Assembly (NCBI GenBank): GCA_050014195.1
Contig: JBEKDT010000001.1
Span: 288,001-352,000 of the forward strand
Source of the DNA: Desulfomonilia bacterium
GTDB taxonomy: Bacteria; Desulfobacterota; Desulfomonilia; UBA1062
Length of the DNA stretch: 64,000 nucleotides
Direction of reading: 5' to 3'
Positions 37,519 through 46,276 of this stretch are shown piece after piece (the first letter of the stretch is position 1; each line of letters begins with the position of its first letter). Position numbers and translations under genes: made by a program. The notes beneath the pieces were generated by a model. It ran no database searches. It was not told the DNA's origin and saw only the letters and a list, made by a program, of their open reading frames with translations.

Positions 37519-38916
37519 ATGCTGACGACATTCGAGATCTATCGAAGAGCTGAGAAGTGCTTCGAGAAATGTTTACCACCTGAGTGGATTCCTACTAAAC
37601 CCAGGGATGACATCGGAGTTGATTATTGGGTGCAAATAACACGACGCGGAAGCCCAACCCCTTTAAGCTTTTTTGTCCAGGTCAAAGGCACAACAAATAT
37701 AAAGGAGACAGGGAGTTCTCTAGTTTACTCATTGTCGACGAAGAAGCTCAAGCAGTACATGAAGACGCCACTACCAGTTCTGTTTGTGCTTTGCGACATT
37801 AGAGAAGAAGAGGATGCCGATATTGCCTACTTTTGTTGGGTGCGCGAAGCCATAAGGGACGAGGTTCTTGCTGGGAGAGTGAACGAGGCAAGCTGGGCTT
37901 CCCAAGAAACGGTGTCCTTAGCCATACCTATTAAGCAGAGGTTATCTCTTGACATTTTTTTAGAAGAGATACAACCAGTCATCGATACTTTTGCAATTAG
38001 ACATGTCCAACAAGAAAATGAACATTTGGCTGTAGTAGATAAATCGAAGAAAGCCATTACATCCTTGCTGTCTTCTGGAAGGCTTAAAGAATTTGGATTG
38101 AATACCGAAGATCCAAAGACCGTAACAGCCTTAGAGTTTATGTCTGAGGGGGGCCGGTTACAGGATCAAGCCCGCCACATGGAGGCGATCTACTATTTTA
38201 AGGCGGCCGAAAAGCTTCTGCCCCATGATGAAACATTCCTTGCTGAGAGCTTCAGTTGGGAAGCATTAGGCAATTTACAAGAAGCGGTCAGTGCTTGCGA
38301 AAGAGGATTGGTTCATCATCCTGGACACCCTTATCTTTTATCACAATTAGGTGTCTATTATTTTAGAAGTGGTCAAATACATGAGGCTTTCGATCTTCAT
38401 GTACGTGCGGCACATGCAAAACCGGAGGATGGCGGTCTTTGGGCGAATGCAGGAGCAACTGCTGAGTTAATCGCTTCAACTCTTCATGGGGAAGATGCAC
38501 AAGCCGCTCTGGAGGCATCTGCCCGGTTCTTTGAGAAAGCACATCATTGCAATCCGCAGAGTGATTTTATTTTGAATGACTTTGGGCTAGTTTGCTCAAG
38601 ATTGTATCGCTTCCCTAAGGCCGTAGCTTTATTTGAAAAAGCTATAGCCATTAACCCCAAGAACATAACTGCACGCAGAAGGCTGGCCAGGGCTTATCTC
38701 TCATTGAAGCAGTATGATGAGGCTCATGCTCAAGTCCTTACAATATATGCAATGGGCGCACGAGATAAGGAGACCGAGAATATGGAAGCTTTGATAGAAG
38801 ACAACAGAGCAGGGCCTAGAAAAGACAGTTATGCCCAAATGATGAATAGTATGCGGAGATTCGAATTCGGTGCTACGAAGAAGGGACCAAAACGGAAGAA
38901 AAAGCGGAGACGTTGA
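37519..38916 (+). CDS. DUF4365-type PD-(D/E)xK nuclease fused to TPR repeats
   Basis: DDIGVD...FFVQVKGT N-terminus; several TPR units (e.g. AVALFEKAIAINPKN). Confidence 0.8.
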   Translation: MLTTFEIYRRAEKCFEKCLPPEWIPTKPRDDIGVDYWVQITRRGSPTPLSFFVQVKGTTNIKETGSSLVYSLSTKKLKQYMKTPLPVLFVLCDIREEEDADIAYFCWVREAIRDEVLAGRVNEASWASQETVSLAIPIKQRLSLDIFLEEIQPVIDTFAIRHVQQENEHLAVVDKSKKAITSLLSSGRLKEFGLNTEDPKTVTALEFMSEGGRLQDQARHMEAIYYFKAAEKLLPHDETFLAESFSWEALGNLQEAVSACERGLVHHPGHPYLLSQLGVYYFRSGQIHEAFDLHVRAAHAKPEDGGLWANAGATAELIASTLHGEDAQAALEASARFFEKAHHCNPQSDFILNDFGLVCSRLYRFPKAVALFEKAIAINPKNITARRRLARAYLSLKQYDEAHAQVLTIYAMGARDKETENMEALIEDNRAGPRKDSYAQMMNSMRRFEFGATKKGPKRKKKRRR

Positions 38917-39212
38917 TATTGGGTTTTAAATGCGCATTCTCGTTTTCGAGTTGTGCCACGGATCTTGAACAGGATACGGTACTGAAAAGAAGGTTTAAGA
39001 TCGTGGAGACAAAAGATCCCTATCCAAATCGCTTTTTCAAAGGCTTCTGAAGTAATATATACTTTTAAGTCCTTATGACTGGCGTATAGATAGTGGTACG
39101 CTAGTTATACACTCTCTTCCTGGCCTTGGAAGTTTAAAGAACATAATAAAAAATCTCTCTCCTGAAGATCGATTCTCATCTAACCAAGACTGAAAAATAA
39201 CAGAAAATAAAA

Positions 39213-39404
39213 GCCCCCTCCGCTCGCTCAGAAAGCAGCACGCCAACATTGTGACCATGTTGTCATGCTGCTTGCAACGCTACGGGTGTCTCCTATGGTC
39301 ACTATCCGTGACCACCTTCTTATATGGTGAGCCTTTCAGGCTTGCTTTTCTCCGGTCGTTCCTCCCTTCCCCTTCAGTCGTTTGTGAAAGGGGCAAGGGA
39401 GGAA
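39213..39404 (+). repeat. Double-hairpin repeat, copy 4, inverted, upstream of xis-int
   Basis: AGAAAGCAGCACGCCAA (39230-39246) ... TTGTCATGCTGCTTGCA (39260-39276); hairpin B 39359-39404. Confidence 0.85.
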
Positions 39405-39444
39405 AAGTTGGTTTTTATGTTTAAAGACTAAGGAGAGAAAGACA

Positions 39445-39693
39445 TTGGCTTCCTCTAACTCATCGGTATGGCTCACGGCAAAGCAGGCATCCGAATATGC
39501 GGGTGGTATTAACGAGAAATACATCCGAGAGTTATGGGCACGTGGCCTGATGCGATACTCAAAGCCCGATCTTGGACAGATGGTCACTAAGAGAGAATGG
39601 ATAGACGAATACTTAGAGAGCAGGGAAGTAAAGGGCGGAGTTGTACTAGACAATAAGATTGACAACATCTTGAAGGACGTTTTTAATGCGTAA
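39445..39693 (+). CDS. Excisionase-like winged HTH protein
   Basis: WLTAKQASEY...REWIDEYL; AAGGAG RBS, TTG start; overlaps the integrase. Confidence 0.78.
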   Translation: MASSNSSVWLTAKQASEYAGGINEKYIRELWARGLMRYSKPDLGQMVTKREWIDEYLESREVKGGVVLDNKIDNILKDVFNA

Positions 39694-40921
39694 AATGGGC
39701 GTAAGTGTTGTTGAACATCCAAAAGGATCTGGTGAATTATATTTATTGGTCTGCCATCAGTACAAGAAAAAGTACATCCATGTTGGCAAGAACACTAAAC
39801 CAAACCGTGTTATCGCAAACCAGAAGAAAGAGCTAATCAATCAGAAGATCAAAGAGCAGGGACATAAGGCGCTCAACAGACTCTTTGAAATCAAATCACA
39901 GGCTCCTACCCTTAAACAGTATCTAAATGGTTTTGATGATAATCCCGGCTGGCTTGCAAAGAACAAGAAGCGACTCAAATACAGCACCTATAAGGGATAT
40001 GAGAATCTTATCAATCAGAGGTTACTCCCGAGATATGGAGACAAGCCCCTGGATCAATTCGATAAGGAAGAGTTTGAAAACTATCTCTTTGAGCTCTCCG
40101 AGTTCAAGCCTAAGAGTTTAAAATATCATACACTCGCGAATATTAAGAACTGCTTATCGGGCATACTGGAATCCGCAGTACCCAAGTATATCAAATCGAA
40201 TCCTATTCATGGACTGATAATTCCCAAAGATAACCCAGATGAGAACAAGGATGAGATGAGCCCCTTCACCTGGGAAGATAGGTCGACATTTGAATCTAAA
40301 GTTAAAGAGCATAGGCCAAGATATTATGCACTTGTGGTAATGGGATTTAGATCCGGCCTCCGCATTGGTGAGATCATTGGCTTGAGGGTTTCAGATATTG
40401 ATTTTGTCCACAACTATATCAGCGTGAGGAATAACATTACCAGGGGAAGAGGCACCACTCCAAAAAGTGAAGCCGGAAGGCGTAAGGTTCGTTTGACAAA
40501 TGAATTGAAAACTATTCTCCAGAAACAGATCACTGCCGTTAAGGAAGAGGCTCTCAGCAAGGGTTGGAAGAAAGTGCCTGAGTGCGTATTTATAGGGGAA
40601 ACAGGGAACAGGATAAACTACGGCAATTTTCTTGATCGAGTATGGAATTACTGCATGGAGAAATCAAAGCTCTCTCGCAGGACCCCTCACGATATGCGCC
40701 ACACGTATGCAACCTTGAGACTCAGTCTTGGACATCCCATTCATGAGGTTTCAAAAGAGCTTGGGCATAGTTCCCCCAATATCACTTACAAGATTTACTA
40801 TCATTGGATACCCCAGATGAGCACAAGTAATATAGACGATTTAGATAGAAAACCTACTAGAGAATTACTAGAGAATAAACCTGAAAATATGGTAGAGAAT
40901 GTCTCTAGTAGCAATAGTTAA
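39686..40921 (+). CDS. Tyrosine integrase
   Basis: SGLRIGE, TPKS, HDMRHTYA, LGHSS, final Y in KIYYH. Confidence 0.95.
   Translation: MRKMGVSVVEHPKGSGELYLLVCHQYKKKYIHVGKNTKPNRVIANQKKELINQKIKEQGHKALNRLFEIKSQAPTLKQYLNGFDDNPGWLAKNKKRLKYSTYKGYENLINQRLLPRYGDKPLDQFDKEEFENYLFELSEFKPKSLKYHTLANIKNCLSGILESAVPKYIKSNPIHGLIIPKDNPDENKDEMSPFTWEDRSTFESKVKEHRPRYYALVVMGFRSGLRIGEIIGLRVSDIDFVHNYISVRNNITRGRGTTPKSEAGRRKVRLTNELKTILQKQITAVKEEALSKGWKKVPECVFIGETGNRINYGNFLDRVWNYCMEKSKLSRRTPHDMRHTYATLRLSLGHPIHEVSKELGHSSPNITYKIYYHWIPQMSTSNIDDLDRKPTRELLENKPENMVENVSSSNS
40855..40911. repeat. Probable integrase arm-type sites
   Basis: TACTAGAGAAT twice in tandem (40855, 40866), GGTAGAGAAT (40891) and inverted CTCTAGTAG (40903), 44-100 bp from att. 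Confidence 0.65.
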
Positions 40922-40954
40922 TCTATTGATATTGATTGTTATTTAATCAGATAA

Positions 40955-41004
40955 ACGGTCTGCAAAACCGTTATTCACCGGTTCAAATCCGGTTGCCGCC
41001 TCCA
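40955..41004 (+). other. attR: 3' half of tRNA-Cys(GCA), not an intact tRNA
   Basis: ACGGT-CTGCAAA-ACCGT anticodon arm, ACCGG-TTCAAAT-CCGGT T-arm, TGCCGCCTCCA; no 5' acceptor or D arm upstream. Confidence 0.9.
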
Positions 41005-41051
41005 GTTTTTTCAACGAGTTATAGCCCACCAACTTTGATCGATATCAATCA

Positions 41052-41504
41052 TTATTCTGAACTATCTGTGTCTGTACTCTCTTCCAAGACAATATCATCC
41101 ACATCTAAAGCATATTCAGCCTCGACTTCATTAACAACCTCGATCAGGTCATCCCTCTCTTCCGGGGCAGTAATGATGGGATCGGCTTTTGTCATGGTGA
41201 ACGGTCGCCGCCTTTTCTTCCGCTTGTGCAGCCCCTTTGCCTCTTCATTATTCTGGTCTTCTCCACATGAAGGGCAAAGGGGCTGTGGTCTGCCCAGGTC
41301 ATAAAACTTGGTCCCGCACTTATAACACTTGTATCGTGTCCCGAGATCGACTACAGAAAGCTCCTCTTTCTTGGGTTGAGTCTTCACGACTACAGGAGTT
41401 TCTTTTTTCTTGGGTTGCTTCTTCTCGACTGCAGCAAGCTCCTTCTTCTGGGGTTGCTTCTTCTCGACTGCAGAAATCTCCTTCTTCTTAGGTTGCTTCT
41501 TCAC
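41052..41504 (-). CDS. FYDLN-acid (TIGR02300-like) Zn-ribbon protein with Lys-rich N-terminal repeats
   Basis: LGTRYKCYKCGTKFYDL....CPSCG, acidic tail, four ~13-aa KKQPKKKE repeats. Confidence 0.82.
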   Translation of the reverse strand: MKKQPKKKEISAVEKKQPQKKELAAVEKKQPKKKETPVVVKTQPKKEELSVVDLGTRYKCYKCGTKFYDLGRPQPLCPSCGEDQNNEEAKGLHKRKKRRRPFTMTKADPIITAPEERDDLIEVVNEVEAEYALDVDDIVLEESTDTDSSE

Positions 41505-41508
41505 AATC

Positions 41509-41784
41509 TTATTTATTCACCGCGTCTTTCAATAATTTGCCTGCCCTGAAACGAGGAGCCTTGCTTGCCTTGATCTTTATCTTCTGCCTGGTCTGGGGAT
41601 TTACGCCTTCTCTGGCTGCCCTCTTGGCAACATCGAAGGTTCCAAAGCCTACTAAGGTTACCTTATCGCCTTTCTTGAGGGCACTAGCAATTGACTCTGT
41701 GAAAGCATCTACCGCTAGTTGTGCAGCTGCTTTGGATATCTTTACTTTGCCTGCCATAACATCAACTAAATCTGATTTTGTCAT
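41509..41784 (-). CDS. hup: DNA-binding protein HU
   Basis: MTKSDLV...VTLVGFGTF...REGVNPQT...PRFRAGK; GAGGAGG RBS. Confidence 0.96.
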   Translation of the reverse strand: MTKSDLVDVMAGKVKISKAAAQLAVDAFTESIASALKKGDKVTLVGFGTFDVAKRAAREGVNPQTRQKIKIKASKAPRFRAGKLLKDAVNK

Positions 41785-41987
41785 AATATCCTCCTCGTAT
41801 TTACCAAACCACCTATTATCATGCTCAGCCCATTCTTCATGAGCTGAGTTCATGAAGAATGGCTCTTACTGTGGTTTGAACATTATTACTTCTATAATAT
41901 AACAATAAGACAATGTCATCTTTTTCATTATAAAACCACCTCTCGATATATATTTTTATATGATCAAACCATCAGGAGGAATGCCTT

Positions 41988-42125
41988 ATGACAACAACAG
42001 CGATTGGAGAAGAACTGCTATCCGAAATGCTTTATAACCCTGGGATCCATAGCCAGGAGATCATGGACCATATGTGCATAGCAGCGGGTATAGTTGAGGA
42101 TGATATAACCCATTCGATTGCCTGA
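41988..42125 (+). CDS. Possible small protein (45 aa), below the track cutoff
   Basis: AGGAGG RBS, then MTTTAIGEELLSEMLYNPGIHSQEIMDHMCIAAGIVEDDITHSIA. Confidence 0.45.
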   Translation: MTTTAIGEELLSEMLYNPGIHSQEIMDHMCIAAGIVEDDITHSIA

Positions 42126-42170
42126 ATCCAGGATAAGATCGGATTCTCAGCAAGGCATTGATGCATCTTC

Positions 42171-43196
42171 TCATTTGCTTTCTGTCTTGTGCTGTTCGTA
42201 TAGGTCGTAATGTACCTTGAGTATATCCGGAATCGGCAGCTCATAGGGGCAGCGGTCAACACATTCCCTACATTCCGTGCACAATGCTACGCTTTCCATG
42301 GGGATTTTAGAGAATTCGACTGCGACCTGGGGCGACATTCTGGATGCAATCACCTTGTAGCCCATGGCCGCGGTGATCATTACACCTTGAGGGCATGGCT
42401 GGCAGTATTCGCACCTCCGGCAGAACTGCTTACCAAGCTCGAGGCGATATTTTTCCATGAGCTTGAGGTCTGTTTCTGTCACCGTGTTCGGTTGCCGATA
42501 AAAAGAGACAATTTCATCAACCCTTTCTGAAGAATCGAAACCCGGCAGAGCTACAACATAGGGGTGCTCCCGCAGGAACTTGAAAGCAATTCCGGCATTG
42601 TCGATCATCCCTCCAGCAAAAGGTTTCATGGCAAGGATTCCCATACCGCGCTCGCGCGCAGCAATGTGGAGCTCGTCTTTTGCAGCATCCTCTATGAAGT
42701 TGAACGGAAACTGCACGGTGCTGAACATGCCTGTTTTAACAAGCTTCACCGCCATTGCGAGGTTGTGGGAAGTAACCCCGATGTATCTGATCTTGCCCTG
42801 TTCCTTTGCCTTGATTACAGCCTCCATCGCACCGCCTGGTCCGGTAACGATATCCCAATCTCTTTCTTGGGCTATTTGATGCAACTGGTATATGTCTATA
42901 TAATCCGTCTTCATCATGTGAAGAGAGTTCTCCAGTTGTTCAACGGCACCAGGGGCGTCTCTGCGAATCGTCTTGGTGGCAAGTATGATCTTGTCCCGCA
43001 CATCCCCCAAAGCACGTCCGATCTTCTTTTCACTATCGCGGTAGGCATTGGCCGTGTCGTATAGGGTTATTCCCGACTCATAAGCCCTACGCAGTACGGC
43101 CACGGCTGTATCTTCGTCCAAGCGGATTATGGGAATACCCCCAAAACCCACCTCGGATACCGTCAAACCCGTTTTGCCTAAGGGAATGTAACGCAT
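42171..43196 (-). CDS. Aldo/keto reductase with C-terminal Fe-S domain
   Basis: LGKTGLTVSEVGFGG, DTANAY, ATK, YQLH; CRRCEYCQPCP and CTECRECVDRCP. Confidence 0.93.
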   Translation of the reverse strand: MRYIPLGKTGLTVSEVGFGGIPIIRLDEDTAVAVLRRAYESGITLYDTANAYRDSEKKIGRALGDVRDKIILATKTIRRDAPGAVEQLENSLHMMKTDYIDIYQLHQIAQERDWDIVTGPGGAMEAVIKAKEQGKIRYIGVTSHNLAMAVKLVKTGMFSTVQFPFNFIEDAAKDELHIAARERGMGILAMKPFAGGMIDNAGIAFKFLREHPYVVALPGFDSSERVDEIVSFYRQPNTVTETDLKLMEKYRLELGKQFCRRCEYCQPCPQGVMITAAMGYKVIASRMSPQVAVEFSKIPMESVALCTECRECVDRCPYELPIPDILKVHYDLYEQHKTESK

Positions 43197-43232
43197 TATT
43201 CAACCTCCTATGGTCATGTTGCATTCTTCATG

Positions 43233-43352
43233 TTAAGCATTCTTTTGCTTATTGCAACCATTGGTTGCAGTATCATGCAAGGCTGTGCAAGCAGTTGACA
43301 TTGATATTTTTGCTTTGCCTGCAATAACATCAACTAAATCCGTTTTTGTCAT
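43233..43352 (-). pseudogene. Degenerate 5' copy of hup
   Basis: MTKTDLVDVIAGKAKIS vs [19 protein letters not shown], then divergence and a stop at codon 40. Confidence 0.75.
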
Positions 43353-44191
43353 AACTACCGCCCCGTATGTATTGAAAAAATATGGTGGGAATCTACTGTA
43401 GGCTACTTCAACTTATATTGTTATATTGCCTTTGCCCAAGCTACCACTATTTCACGAGACATCTCAAGACTCCCTGGGAGTTTTGATAGCTGATACCCTA
43501 CTCAGTCTTCTCCCTCAGCTTATATTTCCCTTTGCCCAGGTAAATCAGATAGTCCCTGCCATTGCGATAATATTTCCAGGAGGTATGTTCCGGGGCTGTT
43601 GATATGACGGTCGTGTTGAAGCTTATCTTGTTCAGGTCGGGATATTTCTTGATTGCTTGACTGTCCGTGTTCCGGGTATAGTGCAAAGAGACTAGATAAA
43701 ATATTTTTCCATGTCTATGGAAACTATTTTCTCTAAAAATTACTTTCCATATTCCCGGCGAATCATATTTCTTTAGAATCATTGGCAATTTAAAATAGAT
43801 CGCCTAGCATAAATTTTGCTTTAATATTTTGTATATGAGAAAGGGGAAATAATCATGGAACACATTATTGAGCAACAAACTCATGTCAAGCATGTCAGGA
43901 AAAGGATTTTTTCATTATTTACTATTTGCATTATAGACTATGAGAAAATAGTTACAACACCTCATCTTGTTGAAATGAGACCGACACTGCAATCCCACAC
44001 AGAGAAAGTTCAGAATGGCAGGGTTTCGTACCTCATAGACCTGCAGGTATGATTGCAACCAACGAACTCTTCTCTTACTCACGGATAGGTGTTTAAGATT
44101 TAATCAGTAAAAAATTCGAATATTGATAATAATATCGGGTATTGTAGTTTTGTCATAGAGTTGAATAATCAGGTCCAGGCTTCTTCAAAAA

Positions 44192-45742
44192 TCAATGCCG
44201 GTTTGTCGCTCTCGGTTTTATTGTCTTGAAGCGGTTTGTGTCGATATTGTATTTAGCGACCTTGTACTGCATGATGCGCTTGGTGGTTCCGAGGAGTCGA
44301 GCTGCTTTGCTCTGGTTGCCCCTGGCGGCTTTCATCGCATCCACGATTATGAAGCGCTCATAGGATGCTACGAGGCTTTCCAGTTTCCTCTGCTGCTTTT
44401 CCTCCGTGGTTACCATCTGCTTCTGCATCGAGAGGGGCAGATGTATGCCGTCGATAGTGTCACCTCTTGTGAGCAGAACGGCCCGTTCGATGCAATTCTC
44501 AAGCTCGCGCACGTTGCCAGGCCAATGGTATGCAAGCAGGAGGTCAATGGCTGGTGTGGAGATGTAATGAATGGATTTTTTGAGCTGCTTGGAGTAATTC
44601 TCCACAAAGTAATTTGCCAGCAGGATGATATCTCCACCGCGCTCCCGCAATGGAGGCATGTAAATAGGGAACACATTGAGCCTGTAGTATAAGTCCGCTC
44701 TGAACATGCCGGCGGCCACATCCTGTTCCAGGTCGCGGTTGGTGGCGGCAATGATACGCACATTGACCTTTACAAAAGTGTTCGATCCCAGAGGTTGAAA
44801 ATTACGCTGCTCGATCACCTTCAGAAGCTTAGCTTGAGCAAGCGGGGAGAGCTCCCCTATTTCATCGAGGAAGAGGGTCCCGCCGTTTGCCTCCTCGAAC
44901 CTTCCTTTCTTCTTCTTGTCAGCGCCGGTAAAAGCCCCTTTCTCATGCCCGAACAGCACACTTTCTATAAGGGTATCCGGAATGGCGGCGCAGTTCACCT
45001 CAATAAACGGGTTTTGAACCCTGGGACTATTCATATGGATGGCCCTTGCAACAAGCTCTTTCCCAGTCCCTGTCTCCCCATGGATAAGAACAGTAGTGCC
45101 GGACCCGGAAACCTGAAAGATGAGGTCGGAGACGTCTTTCATAGTCTTCGAGTTGCCGACAAGTTCCCTTGAAGGCTGCCTGCTTTTTTTAAGAATGTTT
45201 TTCAACATGATGTTCTCTTCCTCAAGAACTCTCATGTTTACGGCCTTGGCAATCAGTTCAGCTACCTCACAAAGAAGCTTCAGCTCATATTCCTGGTTGT
45301 CCGCCTCCATAGCCGCCTTATCAGCCGAGAGGACACCCACCACCTTGTCGTCATGGATGACGGGAACACAGAAAAACACAAGCTCCGACCGGTTCAACGA
45401 CCGCCTGGATCCGGTCCTGTCGAGGAAGTGCTTCTCCTCATCGAGGTTGGTAATGACTAAAGGTTTTCCGGTCTGTGCCACTTGGCCGGTGATTCCTTCT
45501 CCAGGTTTGTAGATAATCTCTCTGCTGTCTATATCCACGCCGTGGGCAACATCAAGGATGGCAATTCCACTGTCCCGGTCGAGTATGGAGATCATGGCCC
45601 TGTTCATCATGGTGCGGGTACAGAGTTCATCGAGACCTTGTTCAAGCTGATCCCTGAGGTCGAGTGGCGACGCCAGGATCTTTGCAAGATCATGGAGAAC
45701 ATCGAGATCATTGTAGGTAAAAGGCTCCATACCATATCTCAA
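44192..45742 (-). CDS. NifA-like sigma54 enhancer-binding protein (GAF-AAA+-HTH)
   Basis: GEGITG GAF, GETGTGKE, GAFTGA, LFLDEI, WPGNVREL, Fis-type HTH. Confidence 0.95.
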   Translation of the reverse strand: MRYGMEPFTYNDLDVLHDLAKILASPLDLRDQLEQGLDELCTRTMMNRAMISILDRDSGIAILDVAHGVDIDSREIIYKPGEGITGQVAQTGKPLVITNLDEEKHFLDRTGSRRSLNRSELVFFCVPVIHDDKVVGVLSADKAAMEADNQEYELKLLCEVAELIAKAVNMRVLEEENIMLKNILKKSRQPSRELVGNSKTMKDVSDLIFQVSGSGTTVLIHGETGTGKELVARAIHMNSPRVQNPFIEVNCAAIPDTLIESVLFGHEKGAFTGADKKKKGRFEEANGGTLFLDEIGELSPLAQAKLLKVIEQRNFQPLGSNTFVKVNVRIIAATNRDLEQDVAAGMFRADLYYRLNVFPIYMPPLRERGGDIILLANYFVENYSKQLKKSIHYISTPAIDLLLAYHWPGNVRELENCIERAVLLTRGDTIDGIHLPLSMQKQMVTTEEKQQRKLESLVASYERFIIVDAMKAARGNQSKAARLLGTTKRIMQYKVAKYNIDTNRFKTIKPRATNRH

Positions 45743-45892
45743 GGCTTATCTTTATACTTCGCCGTCTCCTGTTTCACCGTATTGAGATACCCATTGGGGA
45801 TGTATTTCTACGCATATCTTGTAAATATCGATTATATAGTTTCACTCCCAATAATCTAGAACCTCATAATAAGCTTATCGTTCGATGTCAGG

Positions 45893-46231
45893 CTAGACAG
45901 CGGCTTCCCCGCGTTCGCCGGTACGCACCCTCAAGGCATCGTCCACCGGATGGATGAATATTTTCCCATCCCCTATCTCCCCGGTGAAGGCTGCATCGCA
46001 GATCGTTTTGACGATCATTTCCAGTTCACTTTCTTTTACGATCACCTCAACTCTGGCCTTGGTAATCAAGTCAACTTTATAGGTATTGCCGCGAACATGG
46101 ATATTTACGCCTTCCTGATTTCCATGGCCTTCAATCTCGGAGATCATCACACCGGGATGCCCTAATTTTTTCAATGCATTGAATACCGCGCTCACCTTGT
46201 CCGGCCGAATAATCGCTTCAATTCTTTTCAT
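45893..46231 (-). CDS. PII nitrogen regulatory protein
   Basis: MKRIEAIIRP, GHGNQ, RGNTY, TGEIGDGKIF, RVRTGE. Confidence 0.95.
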   Translation of the reverse strand: MKRIEAIIRPDKVSAVFNALKKLGHPGVMISEIEGHGNQEGVNIHVRGNTYKVDLITKARVEVIVKESELEMIVKTICDAAFTGEIGDGKIFIHPVDDALRVRTGERGEAAV

Positions 46232-46276
46232 CTTGCATCTCCTTTGTCTCATTATTTAAAACCCGGAATTATTACC

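Larger units (their letters stand above)
1..41004. mobile_element. ICE integrated at tRNA-Cys (right part)
   Basis: Integrase, xis and att; oriT, relaxase, T4CP and full Trb set; defence cargo. Left att not seen, so whether 1-11900 belongs to the element is inferred. Confidence 0.85.

Noticed and set aside
34564-39404. CRISPR array, REP or MITE reading of the four repeats
   Set aside because: Copies are kb apart, diverged, always upstream of a start codon, and have no spacers or target duplications.
40955-41004. Intact tRNA-Cys gene
   Set aside because: The 5' acceptor strand and D arm are absent; it is the att duplication.
43498-44052. Two short ORFs (96 and 65 aa)
   Set aside because: AT-rich, no family motifs; possibly fragments.
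44192-45742. Nitrogen fixation regulator nifA
   Set aside because: Architecture matches but no nif genes are in the window, so the symbol was withheld.
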